From Patescibacteria group bacterium (lineage in GTDB: Bacteria; Patescibacteriota; Minisyncoccia; Minisyncoccales; JAQTPW01): DNA of 64,000 bases. Made by a program: the position numbers and the translations under genes. The notes beneath the pieces were generated by a model. The model saw nothing but the letters and a program-made list of their open reading frames with translations, made no database searches and was not told where the DNA came from. Positions 10,297 through 20,009 of this stretch are shown in pieces (position 1 is the first letter of the stretch; each line of letters begins with the position of its first letter). The stretch covers positions 24 through 64,023 of the forward strand of contig JAZDIT010000044.1 in the NCBI GenBank assembly GCA_043804755.1. The letters are read 5' to 3'.

Positions 10297-10668
10297 ATGA
10301 TACAACTGAGAACAAGATTAAAAGTCGCCGATAATACGGGAGCGAAAATCCTGCAGTGTTTTCATATTTTAGGAGGAAGCAAAAGGAAATGGGGCCAACT
10401 GGGCGACATGATAGTCGGCGTCGTAAAAGAAGCGGAGCCCAGGAGATTGGTAAAAAAACATGAGGTAATCAGGGCGGTTATCATAAGGCAAAAGAAATTA
10501 TACAAGAGACGGGACGGTTCATATATCCGTTTTGACGACAATGCCTGTGTCATTTTGGAAGGAAAAACCAAGGAACCGAAAGGGGGACGAATTTTAGGTC
10601 CCGTTGCAAAGGAAGTGAAAGAAAAGGGATTTGACAATGTTGCGGCTTTGGCCGAAGAGTTAATATAA
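10297..10668 (+). CDS. rplN: 50S ribosomal protein L14
   Basis: MIQ, VADNTGAK, FDDNA, GPVA. Confidence 0.99.
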   Translation: MIQLRTRLKVADNTGAKILQCFHILGGSKRKWGQLGDMIVGVVKEAEPRRLVKKHEVIRAVIIRQKKLYKRRDGSYIRFDDNACVILEGKTKEPKGGRILGPVAKEVKEKGFDNVAALAEELI

Positions 10669-10763
10669 GAACCTTCGCAAAGCGAAGAACCTTGGATGTC
10701 TGCGGCAAATAAGAACCTTGCCTTCGGCAAGAACCTTGTCTTTTCACTGCGGCTCAGAAATAA
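10666..10763 (+). repeat. TAAGAACC stop-codon-anchored repeat, locus 3 (rplN-rplX), two units
   Basis: Units at 10666 (CTTCGC-AAA-GCGAAG) and 10710 (CTTGCC-TTC-GGCAAG), ending TCACTGCGGCTCAGAAATAA. Confidence 0.9.
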
Positions 10764-10776
10764 AATATTCAAAATT

Positions 10777-11082
10777 ATGAAATTGAAAAAAGGAGATACA
10801 GTTTTAATAATTTCGGGAAAATACCGTGGTAAAAAGGGAAAAGTTTTGGTTTCTTTTCCTGAAGCGGAAAAGGTTTTGGTTGAAGGGATTAATATAAGGA
10901 AAAAGCACCAGAAGGCAAAAAAAGAGGGACAAAAGGGTCAGATAATAGAGATGCCTGCTCCCATTTCGGTTTCGAATGCGATGCTGGTTTGTCCCAAATG
11001 CGGCCAGGCCACGAGAATTGGTTCAAAATTAGTTGAAAAAAAGAGATACAGGAGCTGCAAGAAATGCGGCCAAGAAATATAA
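10777..11082 (+). CDS. rplX: 50S ribosomal protein L24
   Basis: MKLKKGDTVLIISGKYRGKKG, APISVSN; start at 10777 after the repeat. Confidence 0.97.
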   Translation: MKLKKGDTVLIISGKYRGKKGKVLVSFPEAEKVLVEGINIRKKHQKAKKEGQKGQIIEMPAPISVSNAMLVCPKCGQATRIGSKLVEKKRYRSCKKCGQEI

Positions 11083-11133
11083 GAACCTTGCCTACGGCAA
11101 GAACCTTGTTTCTTCGCTGAGGCTCAGAAATAA
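11080..11133 (+). repeat. TAAGAACC stop-codon-anchored repeat, locus 4 (rplX-rplE)
   Basis: TAAGAAC-CTTGCC-TAC-GGCAAG-AACCTTGTTTCT-TCGCTGAGGCTC-AGAAATAA. Confidence 0.9.
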
Positions 11134-11134
11134 A

Positions 11135-11689
11135 ATGACATATTTGCAAGAAAAATATAAAAAAGAAGTTATTCCTGCAATGAAGGAAAAATTCGGATTC
11201 AAAAGTCCGATGGCGGTTCCCAGAATTGAAAAAATAGTCGTGAATACCGGTTTCGGAAGGGGAGTTGCCGGAAAGTCTTCTGAAGATCAAAAGAAAATAC
11301 AAAAGGGTATTTCGGACGATTTGGATTTGATTTGTGGCCAAAAGTCAATTTTAAAACCGGCCAAAAAATCCATAGCTAGTTTTAAAATTAGAGAAGATAT
11401 GCCCATAGGAGCCGCAGTTACCTTAAGGAGGAAAAAAATGTATGATTTTCTTGAAAGGCTAATTCAAATAACATTGCCGAGAATGCGCGACTTTCGGGGA
11501 GTGGATTCAAAGGCGGTTGATAAAAGAGGAAATTTGACTTTGGGGATAAAAGAACATATTGTTTTTCCGGAAGTATCACCCGAAAGAGCAAAAAACATCT
11601 TTGGATTGGAGATTACCATCGTTATGAATGCGAGAAACAAGGAAGAGGGCGTACAATTATTAAAATTAATGGGTTTTCCTTTAAAGTAA
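11135..11689 (+). CDS. rplE: 50S ribosomal protein L5
   Basis: PRIEKIVVN, SIASFKIRE, LPRMRDFRG; start at 11135. Confidence 0.98.
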   Translation: MTYLQEKYKKEVIPAMKEKFGFKSPMAVPRIEKIVVNTGFGRGVAGKSSEDQKKIQKGISDDLDLICGQKSILKPAKKSIASFKIREDMPIGAAVTLRRKKMYDFLERLIQITLPRMRDFRGVDSKAVDKRGNLTLGIKEHIVFPEVSPERAKNIFGLEITIVMNARNKEEGVQLLKLMGFPLK

Positions 11690-11734
11690 ATTAAATAATA
11701 AACTTTCTGTTAATTTCTTATTATATCCGAAATT

Positions 11735-11920
11735 ATGGCAACGAAATCACAAATCGAAAAATCTAAAAAAAAGCCTAAATTCAAATGCAGGGTTGTCAGA
11801 AGATGCTTCAGATGCGGCAGAAAAAGAGCATATATGCGAAAATTCGGATTATGCAGGGTTTGTTTCAGGGAAATGGCCAACAAAGGATTGATCCCAGGGA
11901 TCAGGAAATCATCTTGGTAA
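11735..11920 (+). CDS. rpsZ: 30S ribosomal protein S14 (zinc-binding type)
   Basis: RCFRCGR...LCRVCFRE...KSSW, 61 aa. Confidence 0.97.
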   Translation: MATKSQIEKSKKKPKFKCRVVRRCFRCGRKRAYMRKFGLCRVCFREMANKGLIPGIRKSSW

Positions 11921-11959
11921 AAGAACAGAAAACAAAAATAATAAATTTCAAACATCACC

Positions 11960-12346
11960 ATGGATAAAATCTCCGAAATGCTAACCTCAATAAGAAATGC
12001 ACAAGCCGTGTTGAAACCGGCGATTTCTGTTCCTTATTCGGATTTGAAATACGAAATCGCAAAGATACTGGAAAAGGAAGGATTTGTCGAAAAAATTGAG
12101 AAAAAAGGGAAAAAAGTCAAAAAAACCTTTGAAATAAATTTGAAATACAAAGACGGATATCCAGCAATTTCCGGCCTGAAAAAAGTTTCAAAGCCTGGGC
12201 AAAGGATTTACGTAAATTACAAGGAGATTAAGCTGGTTATGGGAGGATTCGGATTTTCCGTCATTTCCACCTCAAAAGGCGTTTTGACCAACAAAGAAGC
12301 GAGAAAACAAAAAGTCGGAGGAGAATTAATTTGTGAAGTTTGGTAA
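11960..12346 (+). CDS. rpsH: 30S ribosomal protein S8
   Basis: MLTSIRNA, SKPGQRIY, STSKG, GGELIC. Confidence 0.99.
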   Translation: MDKISEMLTSIRNAQAVLKPAISVPYSDLKYEIAKILEKEGFVEKIEKKGKKVKKTFEINLKYKDGYPAISGLKKVSKPGQRIYVNYKEIKLVMGGFGFSVISTSKGVLTNKEARKQKVGGELICEVW

Positions 12347-12347
12347 C

Positions 12348-12914
12348 ATGAGCAGAATAGGGAAAAAGCCAATAAAAATACCAGAAAAAGTTGAGGTTAA
12401 AATAGATTGTGTCACACCAACGACCCAAAAGATTTTCGTTTCCGGACCGAAGGGTGAATTGTCTTTGGATGTTCCGAAAGAAGCCAGAGCCGAAATAAAA
12501 GAAGGCAGTATATTCGTTTATCCGCAGGTTGAAACGAAAAAAACTAAAGCAATGTGGGGATTATTTAGAGCGTTGATTTTTAATCTGATAGAGGGCGTAA
12601 CAAAAGGATATGAAAAGAAGCTGGAAATTGAGGGTATAGGTTATGGCGCTCAGGCGATAGGAGCAGAATTGGAATTAAAAGTCGGATATATTAATACTAT
12701 AAAGTTAAAGGCTCCCGCCGGAATAAATTTTTCGACTGAAAAGAACGTAATTACCGTTTCAGGGATAGATAAGGAATTGGTCGGCCAGATTGCGGCGAAA
12801 ATCAGGAAAATAAAACCAGTCGAACCCTATAAAGGGAAAGGAATAAAATATGTGGGAGAAGTTGTCAGGAGAAAAGTCGGTAAGAGAGTAGCTGCAACCA
12901 CTCCCGGAGCTTAA
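12348..12914 (+). CDS. rplF: 50S ribosomal protein L6
   Basis: [17 protein letters not shown]. Confidence 0.98.
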   Translation: MSRIGKKPIKIPEKVEVKIDCVTPTTQKIFVSGPKGELSLDVPKEARAEIKEGSIFVYPQVETKKTKAMWGLFRALIFNLIEGVTKGYEKKLEIEGIGYGAQAIGAELELKVGYINTIKLKAPAGINFSTEKNVITVSGIDKELVGQIAAKIRKIKPVEPYKGKGIKYVGEVVRRKVGKRVAATTPGA

Positions 12915-12919
12915 AAAAT

Positions 12920-13312
12920 ATGTTAGAAAGAAAAGGCAAAAGAATAAGGCGTCATAAAAGAATCAGAGCCAAAATAACCGGCACGAAAGAGAGGCCACGT
13001 CTTGGAGTTTTCTGTTCAAATGCACATATCTATGCGCAATTGATAAATGACGAAAAGGGCAAGGTTTTGGCGATTGCAAGCGATCTCAAATTGAAGAAGC
13101 AGCAAACCGGACAAAAAAGCGAAGTCAAAAAAGAAGGAGAGATAAAAAGAACGGGAAAGGTGGCCAAGGCTTTTGAAGTGGGCAAATTATTGGCAAAATC
13201 GGCCATGGAGCTGAAAATCGAAAATGTTGTTTTTGACAGAGGAGGTTTCCAGTATCACGGGGTGGTTAAAGCTTTGGCAGACGGAGCCAGAGAGGGAGGA
13301 TTAAAATTTTAA
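12920..13312 (+). CDS. rplR: 50S ribosomal protein L18
   Basis: [29 protein letters not shown]. Confidence 0.98.
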   Translation: MLERKGKRIRRHKRIRAKITGTKERPRLGVFCSNAHIYAQLINDEKGKVLAIASDLKLKKQQTGQKSEVKKEGEIKRTGKVAKAFEVGKLLAKSAMELKIENVVFDRGGFQYHGVVKALADGAREGGLKF

Positions 13313-13329
13313 ATTAAACATCAGAGAAA

Positions 13330-13872
13330 ATGGAAAACACGCAAAAAGAAACAAGTAAAAAAACGGACAGGCCTCAATTTTCGATGAACAGGCGGTCGTT
13401 TTCTCCTAAACCGGCTTCGGAGTTTGATTCGAAACTTCTGGATTTGGCGAGGGTTACAAGAGTCACTAAAGGTGGAAAACAAATGAGATTCCGTGCCGTT
13501 GTCGTCATCGGAGACAAGATAAAAAGAGTCGGCGTAGGAGTTGCAAAGGGTCTGGATGTCCAGCAAGCCGTTGAAAAAGCGACAAGGATGGCCAGAAAGA
13601 ACATGATTGAAGTGCCGATAGTCCAGGGTTCAATTCCGCACGAAGTTTATGCGAAATACGGACCGGCTGAAGTTTTACTCCGTCCGCAAAGGAAAGGAAG
13701 AGGTTTGGTGGCGGGAGGAACCGTAAGGGTTATTTGCGCTTTGGGAGGAATAAAGGATATTTCTTCGAAAATTTTAGGAAGAACGGGAAATAAATTGAAC
13801 AATGCAATGGCGACAATCATAGCATTAAAAAAGATTAAACATGGAATTACACCAGTTAAGGCCAACTCATAA
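13330..13872 (+). CDS. rpsE: 30S ribosomal protein S5
   Basis: RVTRVTKGGK, GLVAGGTVR. Confidence 0.98.
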   Translation: MENTQKETSKKTDRPQFSMNRRSFSPKPASEFDSKLLDLARVTRVTKGGKQMRFRAVVVIGDKIKRVGVGVAKGLDVQQAVEKATRMARKNMIEVPIVQGSIPHEVYAKYGPAEVLLRPQRKGRGLVAGGTVRVICALGGIKDISSKILGRTGNKLNNAMATIIALKKIKHGITPVKANS

Positions 13873-14272
13873 GCGGAAAAAAACAAAAAGAATAGGAAGA
13901 GGAGGCGTCCATGGATTCAATTGCGGCAGGGGAGCCAAGGGCCAGAATTCGAGAGCCGGAAAGAAATTCAAGCCGATTATCCGCGAATTGATTAAAAGAT
14001 ATCCCAAACTGAGAGGTTACAGATCCAAGAAAATTAATGATAAGCCCGCGGTTTTGAATTTGGAAATTCTGGACAAAAAGTTTGAAAGTGGGGATAAAAT
14101 ATCGCCGAAAGTGTTGATAGAAAAAAGAATAATCCGTAGAATAAATGGTAGAGTCCCCAAAGTCAAGATTCTGAGCAAGGGGGAGTTGAAAAAAGCCTTG
14201 ATTTTCGAAAATATCTCAGTTTCAAAAATCGCAAAAGAGAAAATCGAGAAAGCCGGCGGCGAAATAAAATAG
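13841..14272 (+). CDS. rplO: 50S ribosomal protein L15
   Basis: RIGRGG, GRGAKGQNSRAG, KIEKAGG. Confidence 0.98.
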   Translation: MELHQLRPTHKRKKTKRIGRGGVHGFNCGRGAKGQNSRAGKKFKPIIRELIKRYPKLRGYRSKKINDKPAVLNLEILDKKFESGDKISPKVLIEKRIIRRINGRVPKVKILSKGELKKALIFENISVSKIAKEKIEKAGGEIK

Positions 14273-14293
14273 AGGAATCGTTTCAAAAAATAA

Positions 14294-15574
14294 ATGAATT
14301 GGTTCAATAAATTAATCCAAATTTTCAAAACACCGGATCTGAGGAAAAAAATCCTCTTTGTATTGGGGATTTTTGCTATTTTCAGGATAATGGCGAATAT
14401 TCCCGTCCCGGGGATCGACGCCGAAAATATCAAGAATTTCTTCAATCAATTCCAGGTTTTCGGACTTTTGAATGCTTTCACCGGAGGAGCTTTGGATAAT
14501 CTTTCAATCATTATGTTAGGATTAGGGCCTTATATCACCGCCACGATTATTTTTCAGTTGCTGACGATGATTTTTCCCCAACTCGAAAAAATATACAAGG
14601 AAGAAGGAGCAGCCGGACGCCAAAAATTCAATCAGTATTGCCGGATAGGCGCCGTACCTTTGGCCGCTCTTCAGGCCTATGCAATGCTTATGCTTTTCCA
14701 AAGACAGAACGTCATCGGCACATTGTCGCCGAGCGTACTTTTAACTTCTATAGTCACAATTACCGCGGGCGCAGTATTTTTGATGTGGCTCGGAGAATTG
14801 ATTTCCGAAAAAGGAATAGGAAACGGAGTTTCTCTCCTTATTTTTGCCGGAATCGTAGCCGATTTTCCGAACAGTTTACGGCAGATACTTGTCGCCTGGG
14901 ACCCTTCTAAAATTCTTTTTTATATTTTATTTTTCACGATGTCTCTGCTTATCATAGCTGGCGTCGTTTTAATCAATGAGGCAAGAAGAAACATACCCGT
15001 TTCTTACGCCAAAAGAGTTCGGGGCACGAAAATGTACGGGGGCGTTTCCACCTACCTGCCTCTGAACGTAAATCCGGCAGGTGTAATCCCCATAATTTTC
15101 GCATTGTCGATTTTAATGATTCCCGGAATGGTGGGAAGTTTCTTGAGCGGGGCGAGCGGCCAAGTCGGGAACATTGCAAAAGGCGTTGCCGATTTTTTCC
15201 AGGATCCCTGGACGAACGGTATATTTTATTTCGTACTGGTCGTCGTTTTCACTTACTTTTATACCGCAGTCACGTTTGATCCCAAAGCCATTTCGGAAAA
15301 TCTTCAAAAAATGGGTGGATTTGTGCCGGGAATTCGTCCCGGGCAGTCAACCGCAAGTTTCATGTATTATATCCTGAATCGAGTGCTGTTAATCGGAGCT
15401 TTATTTTTGGGCACGATCGCCATCATGCCTTCGATTGTCCAGGGCATAACCAATATCCAGCAATTCCAATTTTTAGTCGGGGGCACTTCGCTACTCATCG
15501 TTGTTTCCGTTGTTCTGGAGACCATGAGGCAGATAAAAGCCCAGCTTCAGATGAGGGATTATGAAACTTTCTAA
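14294..15574 (+). CDS. secY: Preprotein translocase subunit SecY
   Basis: LGLGPYITA, GIGNGVSL, AGVIPIIFA, PGIRPG, GGTSLLI. Confidence 0.99.
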   Translation: MNWFNKLIQIFKTPDLRKKILFVLGIFAIFRIMANIPVPGIDAENIKNFFNQFQVFGLLNAFTGGALDNLSIIMLGLGPYITATIIFQLLTMIFPQLEKIYKEEGAAGRQKFNQYCRIGAVPLAALQAYAMLMLFQRQNVIGTLSPSVLLTSIVTITAGAVFLMWLGELISEKGIGNGVSLLIFAGIVADFPNSLRQILVAWDPSKILFYILFFTMSLLIIAGVVLINEARRNIPVSYAKRVRGTKMYGGVSTYLPLNVNPAGVIPIIFALSILMIPGMVGSFLSGASGQVGNIAKGVADFFQDPWTNGIFYFVLVVVFTYFYTAVTFDPKAISENLQKMGGFVPGIRPGQSTASFMYYILNRVLLIGALFLGTIAIMPSIVQGITNIQQFQFLVGGTSLLIVVSVVLETMRQIKAQLQMRDYETF

Positions 15575-16238
15575 AAAAAATCCACTAATTATAATTTTAC
15601 TCGGCAAATCCGGCTCCGGAAAAGGTACGCAGGCCGATCTTTTGGTTGAAAAGTTCAAGCTTGATTATATAGGAAGCGGAGACCTGTTAAGGAACAGGGC
15701 AAAGAAAAACGACTTTGTCGGCAAAAGAATTGCCCAAATTCTTTCAGAAGGAGATCTTATCCCGCTGCCTGCGATTTTTAAATTATGGATGGATGAAACG
15801 GAGAAAATCATAAACAAAAACAAAAACTTCCGGGGTATGGTTATGGACGGAAATCCTAGAAGAATCATGGAAGCTTACCTCATTGACGATGTTTTCAAAT
15901 TTTACAGATGGGACAAAAATGTGAAAGTGTTTCTGGTAGATATTTCCGACAAGGAGGCGATTTGGCGGCTGACAAACAGGAGAATCTGCAAAAAGTGCAA
16001 AGAAATAGTTCCTTTCACGAAAGAGTTCAGAAACATAAAAGTTTGCCCGCAGTGTGGCGGCGAGCTTGAAAAACGATCAGATGATACGATAAGCTCCGTC
16101 AAAAAAAGATTGGCCTGGTTTCGGAAAGACGTACAGCCGATAGTGAATTATTACAAAAAAGCGGGAAAACTGGTAAAAATTGACGGGGAGCAGAGCATAG
16201 AAAACGTTTTCAAAGACATTTTAAAGGCGCTTAAATGA
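15561..16238 (+). CDS. adk: Adenylate kinase (zinc lid)
   Basis: GKSGSGKGTQ, DGNPR, CKKC...CPQC lid; follows secY. Confidence 0.93.
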   Translation: MKLSKKNPLIIILLGKSGSGKGTQADLLVEKFKLDYIGSGDLLRNRAKKNDFVGKRIAQILSEGDLIPLPAIFKLWMDETEKIINKNKNFRGMVMDGNPRRIMEAYLIDDVFKFYRWDKNVKVFLVDISDKEAIWRLTNRRICKKCKEIVPFTKEFRNIKVCPQCGGELEKRSDDTISSVKKRLAWFRKDVQPIVNYYKKAGKLVKIDGEQSIENVFKDILKALK

Positions 16239-16251
16239 CCTTTTGGGAAAC

Positions 16252-17061
16252 ATGATCAAAATAAAAACTTCCGAAGAGATTGAAATAATATCAGAGGGTG
16301 GAAAAATCCTGGCAGGAATTATGAAAGAGCTGGAAAAGCAGGTTAAGCCGGGAATTGCCACAAAAGAACTAGACAGGCTCGCAGAGGGCCTGATTTTAAA
16401 TTCAGGAAGCGAATGTTCGTTCAAAAATTATTGTGTGCCAGATGACAGTTCTTTGCGGGATCCGTATCCCTCCTGTCTTTGCACTTCCATAAATGAAGAA
16501 ATCGTCCATGCGATACCTTCCGTAAGGGTCTTAAAAGAAGGGGATATCCTTTCGCTGGATTTGGGACTGAAACATAACGGTTTCCATTCTGATATGGCCC
16601 TGACCGTTCCGGTGGGCGAAGTTGACCAAAAGGTCAGGAAACTGATTGAGGTTACTAAAGAGGCATTGGAAATAGGGATAAAACAAATAAAGCCGGGAAA
16701 CAAGATCGGCGACATCAGCCGGGCCATACAAAAATACGTAGAAGGCTGGGGGTTCAACGTCGTCCGTGAACTTTGCGGCCATGGCATAGGAAAAGATGTC
16801 CACGAAGATCCGGAAATTCTGAATTCTGTTTCTTTTGACAAGATAACCGTGGATAAAGTGGATTATTACGGTAACGGGGAAATAGAATTGAAAGAAGGCA
16901 TGGTTTTGTGCGTGGAACCGATGGTGACGGTGGGCGATTGGCGGATCAAAAGATCAAAAGACGGATTCGGATTTGAAACGAAGGACGGTAGTTTGTCGTG
17001 CCACTTCGAGCACACGATAGCCGTCACAAAAAACGGCCATTCGATTTTAACTGCACTATAG
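16252..17061 (+). CDS. map: Methionine aminopeptidase type I
   Basis: SINEEIVHAIP, DLG, GHGIG, EPM, HFEHT. Confidence 0.97.
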   Translation: MIKIKTSEEIEIISEGGKILAGIMKELEKQVKPGIATKELDRLAEGLILNSGSECSFKNYCVPDDSSLRDPYPSCLCTSINEEIVHAIPSVRVLKEGDILSLDLGLKHNGFHSDMALTVPVGEVDQKVRKLIEVTKEALEIGIKQIKPGNKIGDISRAIQKYVEGWGFNVVRELCGHGIGKDVHEDPEILNSVSFDKITVDKVDYYGNGEIELKEGMVLCVEPMVTVGDWRIKRSKDGFGFETKDGSLSCHFEHTIAVTKNGHSILTAL

Positions 17062-17066
17062 GAACT

Positions 17067-17089
17067 GCGCCGGGCATCCGGCGCTTTTT
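17067..17089 (+). terminator. Rho-independent terminator after map
   Basis: GCGCCGG-GCAT-CCGGCGC-TTTTT. Confidence 0.8.
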
Positions 17090-17136
17090 AATTTTAAGAT
17101 TGATTTAAGATCTGCAAAACGGTAAAATAACATAAT

Positions 17137-17859
17137 ATGCATCTATCCGTTGTCATTCCGGCCTATAATGAAGAAAAAAGATTGCCCAAAACTCTTGAGG
17201 TAATTGACTTGTATCTGGAAAAGAAAAATTACGATTATGAGATAATCGTTGTTTCGGACGGATCGAAAGATAAAACTGCTGAAACCGTGAATAGTTTGAA
17301 ATCGCATATTGCAAACTTGAAATTGATCGATAATAAAGAAAATCGCGGTAAAGGATATGTCACGAGACAGGGAATGCTTGCAGCTGCCGGAGATTTCAGA
17401 TTGTTTACCGACGCCGATGATTCAACCTCAATCGATCAAATCGAAAAAATGTGGCCCGAATTTGAAAACGGTTACGATATAGTCATCGGTTCACGGGACG
17501 TGAAAGGCGCCATTTTGGATCCGCCTCAGCCGTGGATAAGGAAAAACGTTCTGGGCGAAGGATTTGAACTGTTCAGAAAAATTGTCATCGGCCTTTGGGA
17601 CATCCATGATACCCAGTGCGGATTCAAATGTTTTACGAAAAAATCGGCGGAAGCAATTTTTCCGAAATGCACCATTGACCGTTTCGCATTCGATCCGGAA
17701 ATTCTGGTTATTGCCAGAAAAATGGAATGCAAAATAAAAGAAATTCCCGTCATCTGGAAAAACGACCTGTCTTCCACGGTTAAATTGAAATCAATGATAA
17801 AGATGGCCCTCGATTTGATAAAAATCAGACTGAATTTGATTAATAAAAAATATGGATAA
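17137..17859 (+). CDS. Glycosyltransferase family 2 (dolichyl-phosphate glucosyltransferase-like)
   Basis: VVIPAYNEE, DGSKD, FTDAD, DTQCGFK. Confidence 0.92.
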   Translation: MHLSVVIPAYNEEKRLPKTLEVIDLYLEKKNYDYEIIVVSDGSKDKTAETVNSLKSHIANLKLIDNKENRGKGYVTRQGMLAAAGDFRLFTDADDSTSIDQIEKMWPEFENGYDIVIGSRDVKGAILDPPQPWIRKNVLGEGFELFRKIVIGLWDIHDTQCGFKCFTKKSAEAIFPKCTIDRFAFDPEILVIARKMECKIKEIPVIWKNDLSSTVKLKSMIKMALDLIKIRLNLINKKYG

Positions 17860-18910
17860 AAAACCTGCCCCGTCCCGAATCGGAAGTTCCGGTGCGGGGT
17901 TTCCTTCGGAGTTGAGGTTCGATCCTGTCAGCAGGGATTGGGTTGTTATTGCCACTGGACGGGCGAAAAGACCGGAAATGTTCAAGGACGAATCGAGAAA
18001 AAAAGAAAACGCGCCGAAAGAAGATTGTCCGTTTTGTAAAATGAGCAAGCAGGAAAAACCCGCTTTAATCATATCCGGCGGGAAAAAAGCGGTGATTGGC
18101 GATAAATTGCCGGACGACTGGTCGGTAGTCGTAATACCGAACAAATACCCCGCTTTCTGCAAATCTGATTCATTGAACGCAAGATCTGACGGTCCCTATC
18201 AGATAATGGATAGCGTCGGTTTCCACGAAGTCGTCATAACGCGGGACCATGAGAAAAAACTGGCCAATTTATCTTTAGAGCAAATGAAAGAGGTGATTGA
18301 CGCGTATCAGGATAGATATCTGGTTTTGAAAAAAAACAAATTCGTATCTTATATTTTGATTTTTCACAACAGCTCCCGGGAAGCCGGAGCTTCCATCGCC
18401 CATCCGCACTCGCAAATAATTGCAATTCCTTTTATAGATCCCGATCTCCATTCCAGTATTAACGGTTCCAGGGTTTATTTCCAAACTCACGAAGAATGCG
18501 TCCATTGCGTGATGTTGGATTGGGACAGAAAGGATGGCAGGAGAATCGTTTTCGAAAACGAAGATTTTGTCGTTTTAATACCATTCGCTTCCCGGATAGC
18601 TTTCGAAACGAGGGTTTATCCCAAAAAACATCAGGTGCATTTCGAGGATATAACCGATAACCAGAAAAAATTCTTTGCCGAGGCCCTTAAAGTCGCCCTG
18701 GAAAAGCTTTACAAAGGGCTTGATGACCCTCCGTACAATTTTTTCATCCATACGGCTCCCTGCGACGGCAGAGATTATGGCCATTATCACTGGCATCTGG
18801 AAATTTTTCCCAAAACTTCCACGTGGGCCGGATTCGAACTTGGAGCGGGTATCGAGATTTCAACTATTGAGCCGGAAGCGGCCGCGGAGTACTTAAGAAA
18901 GCAGAAATAA
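17852..18910 (+). CDS. galT: Galactose-1-phosphate uridylyltransferase family (HIT superfamily)
   Basis: R.DP..WV.IA..R..RP, CPFC, NKYP, GASIAHPHSQ, HWH. Confidence 0.88.
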   Translation: MDKKPAPSRIGSSGAGFPSELRFDPVSRDWVVIATGRAKRPEMFKDESRKKENAPKEDCPFCKMSKQEKPALIISGGKKAVIGDKLPDDWSVVVIPNKYPAFCKSDSLNARSDGPYQIMDSVGFHEVVITRDHEKKLANLSLEQMKEVIDAYQDRYLVLKKNKFVSYILIFHNSSREAGASIAHPHSQIIAIPFIDPDLHSSINGSRVYFQTHEECVHCVMLDWDRKDGRRIVFENEDFVVLIPFASRIAFETRVYPKKHQVHFEDITDNQKKFFAEALKVALEKLYKGLDDPPYNFFIHTAPCDGRDYGHYHWHLEIFPKTSTWAGFELGAGIEISTIEPEAAAEYLRKQK

Positions 18911-18913
18911 TTT

Positions 18914-19675
18914 ATGAAGCCATTAATTGTTGCAAACTGGAAATGCAAACCCGCGACTTCTAAAGAGGCCGTTGAACTCTTCAATAAGATATCGGAAGGC
19001 GTGGAAGATGCCAGAAACGTTGAGGTTGTTATTTGCCCTCCTTTTATTTATCTCCCTGAAATCAATAATAAATATCACATATCACTTGGCGCCCAGAATT
19101 GTTTTTTAGATAAAAAAGATGTTTCCAGCCAGGTTATTTCTCCGCAAGCTGCGAAAGAAGCCGGATGCGAATATATAATTATCGGGCATTCTTCACGAAG
19201 AATTTTTTTAGGGGAAACTGACGAAATAGTAAACAGGGGGTTAAAGGATGCCCTTTTTGCCGGTCTTTTGCCGATCTTTTGCACGGGCGAGACAAACAAA
19301 GAGAGAGAAATGGGTCGGACTGAAGATGTTTTAGAAAGGCAAATTAGAAAAGGATTGGATGGAATCTCCGCCAGTGAGGTTTCGAAGATCGTGATCACAT
19401 ATGAACCCGTATGGGCGATCAGTGAAGGCGATCCTTACAAGACAAAAGAAATTCCCACTCCCGAGAATATAAAAAAAGCCAAAGTTTTTATCGAAAATAT
19501 TCTTAAGAAAATCTACGGTAGTGGTGGTGGTACCATCAGAATTATTTATGGCGGCAGTGCCAATGCGGATAATTCAAAATGGATTTTAGAGGACGCCGGC
19601 ATGGATGGGCTTCTGGTGGGCGGCGCTTCTCTTGACCCGCAGGAGTTCTTGAAAATTGTAAAAAACTGCCGCTAA
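18914..19675 (+). CDS. tpiA: Triosephosphate isomerase (divergent)
   Basis: ANWK, GHSSRR, YEPVWAI, YGGS, LVGGASL. Confidence 0.93.
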   Translation: MKPLIVANWKCKPATSKEAVELFNKISEGVEDARNVEVVICPPFIYLPEINNKYHISLGAQNCFLDKKDVSSQVISPQAAKEAGCEYIIIGHSSRRIFLGETDEIVNRGLKDALFAGLLPIFCTGETNKEREMGRTEDVLERQIRKGLDGISASEVSKIVITYEPVWAISEGDPYKTKEIPTPENIKKAKVFIENILKKIYGSGGGTIRIIYGGSANADNSKWILEDAGMDGLLVGGASLDPQEFLKIVKNCR

Positions 19676-19756
19676 ACAAGCTGTAAAATTCCAAAAATGC
19701 CGCTTTGAGCGGCGTTTTCATTAGACAGTTTACATTCGTTATTTTATAATAAATCT

Positions 19757-20008
19757 ATGAAGGAAGATTATTTAAAAAATTTAAAGGAGTTTTCTCAAGG
19801 TCTAATAGGCCTCGGCCAGCTTATAGAGGAAAGCTTGTTACGAAAGCAGTCCCTCGAAGATGAGATAAAAAAAAGAGAAGCGGAAATAAGAAAGATACAG
19901 AACGATATTTTCGCCTTAAAAAGCGAATTAACCAAAGTCGGAATGGATCTGGTGAATCTTGAAGCGAGAAGAGAAGAGATCGGGAAGAAAAAGGATAAAA
20001 ATGCCTAA
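19757..20008 (+). CDS. Hypothetical coiled-coil protein
   Basis: 83-aa heptad-rich ORF with promoter TAGACA-17-TATAAT directly upstream. Confidence 0.65.
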   Translation: MKEDYLKNLKEFSQGLIGLGQLIEESLLRKQSLEDEIKKREAEIRKIQNDIFALKSELTKVGMDLVNLEARREEIGKKKDKNA

Positions 20009-20009
20009 T

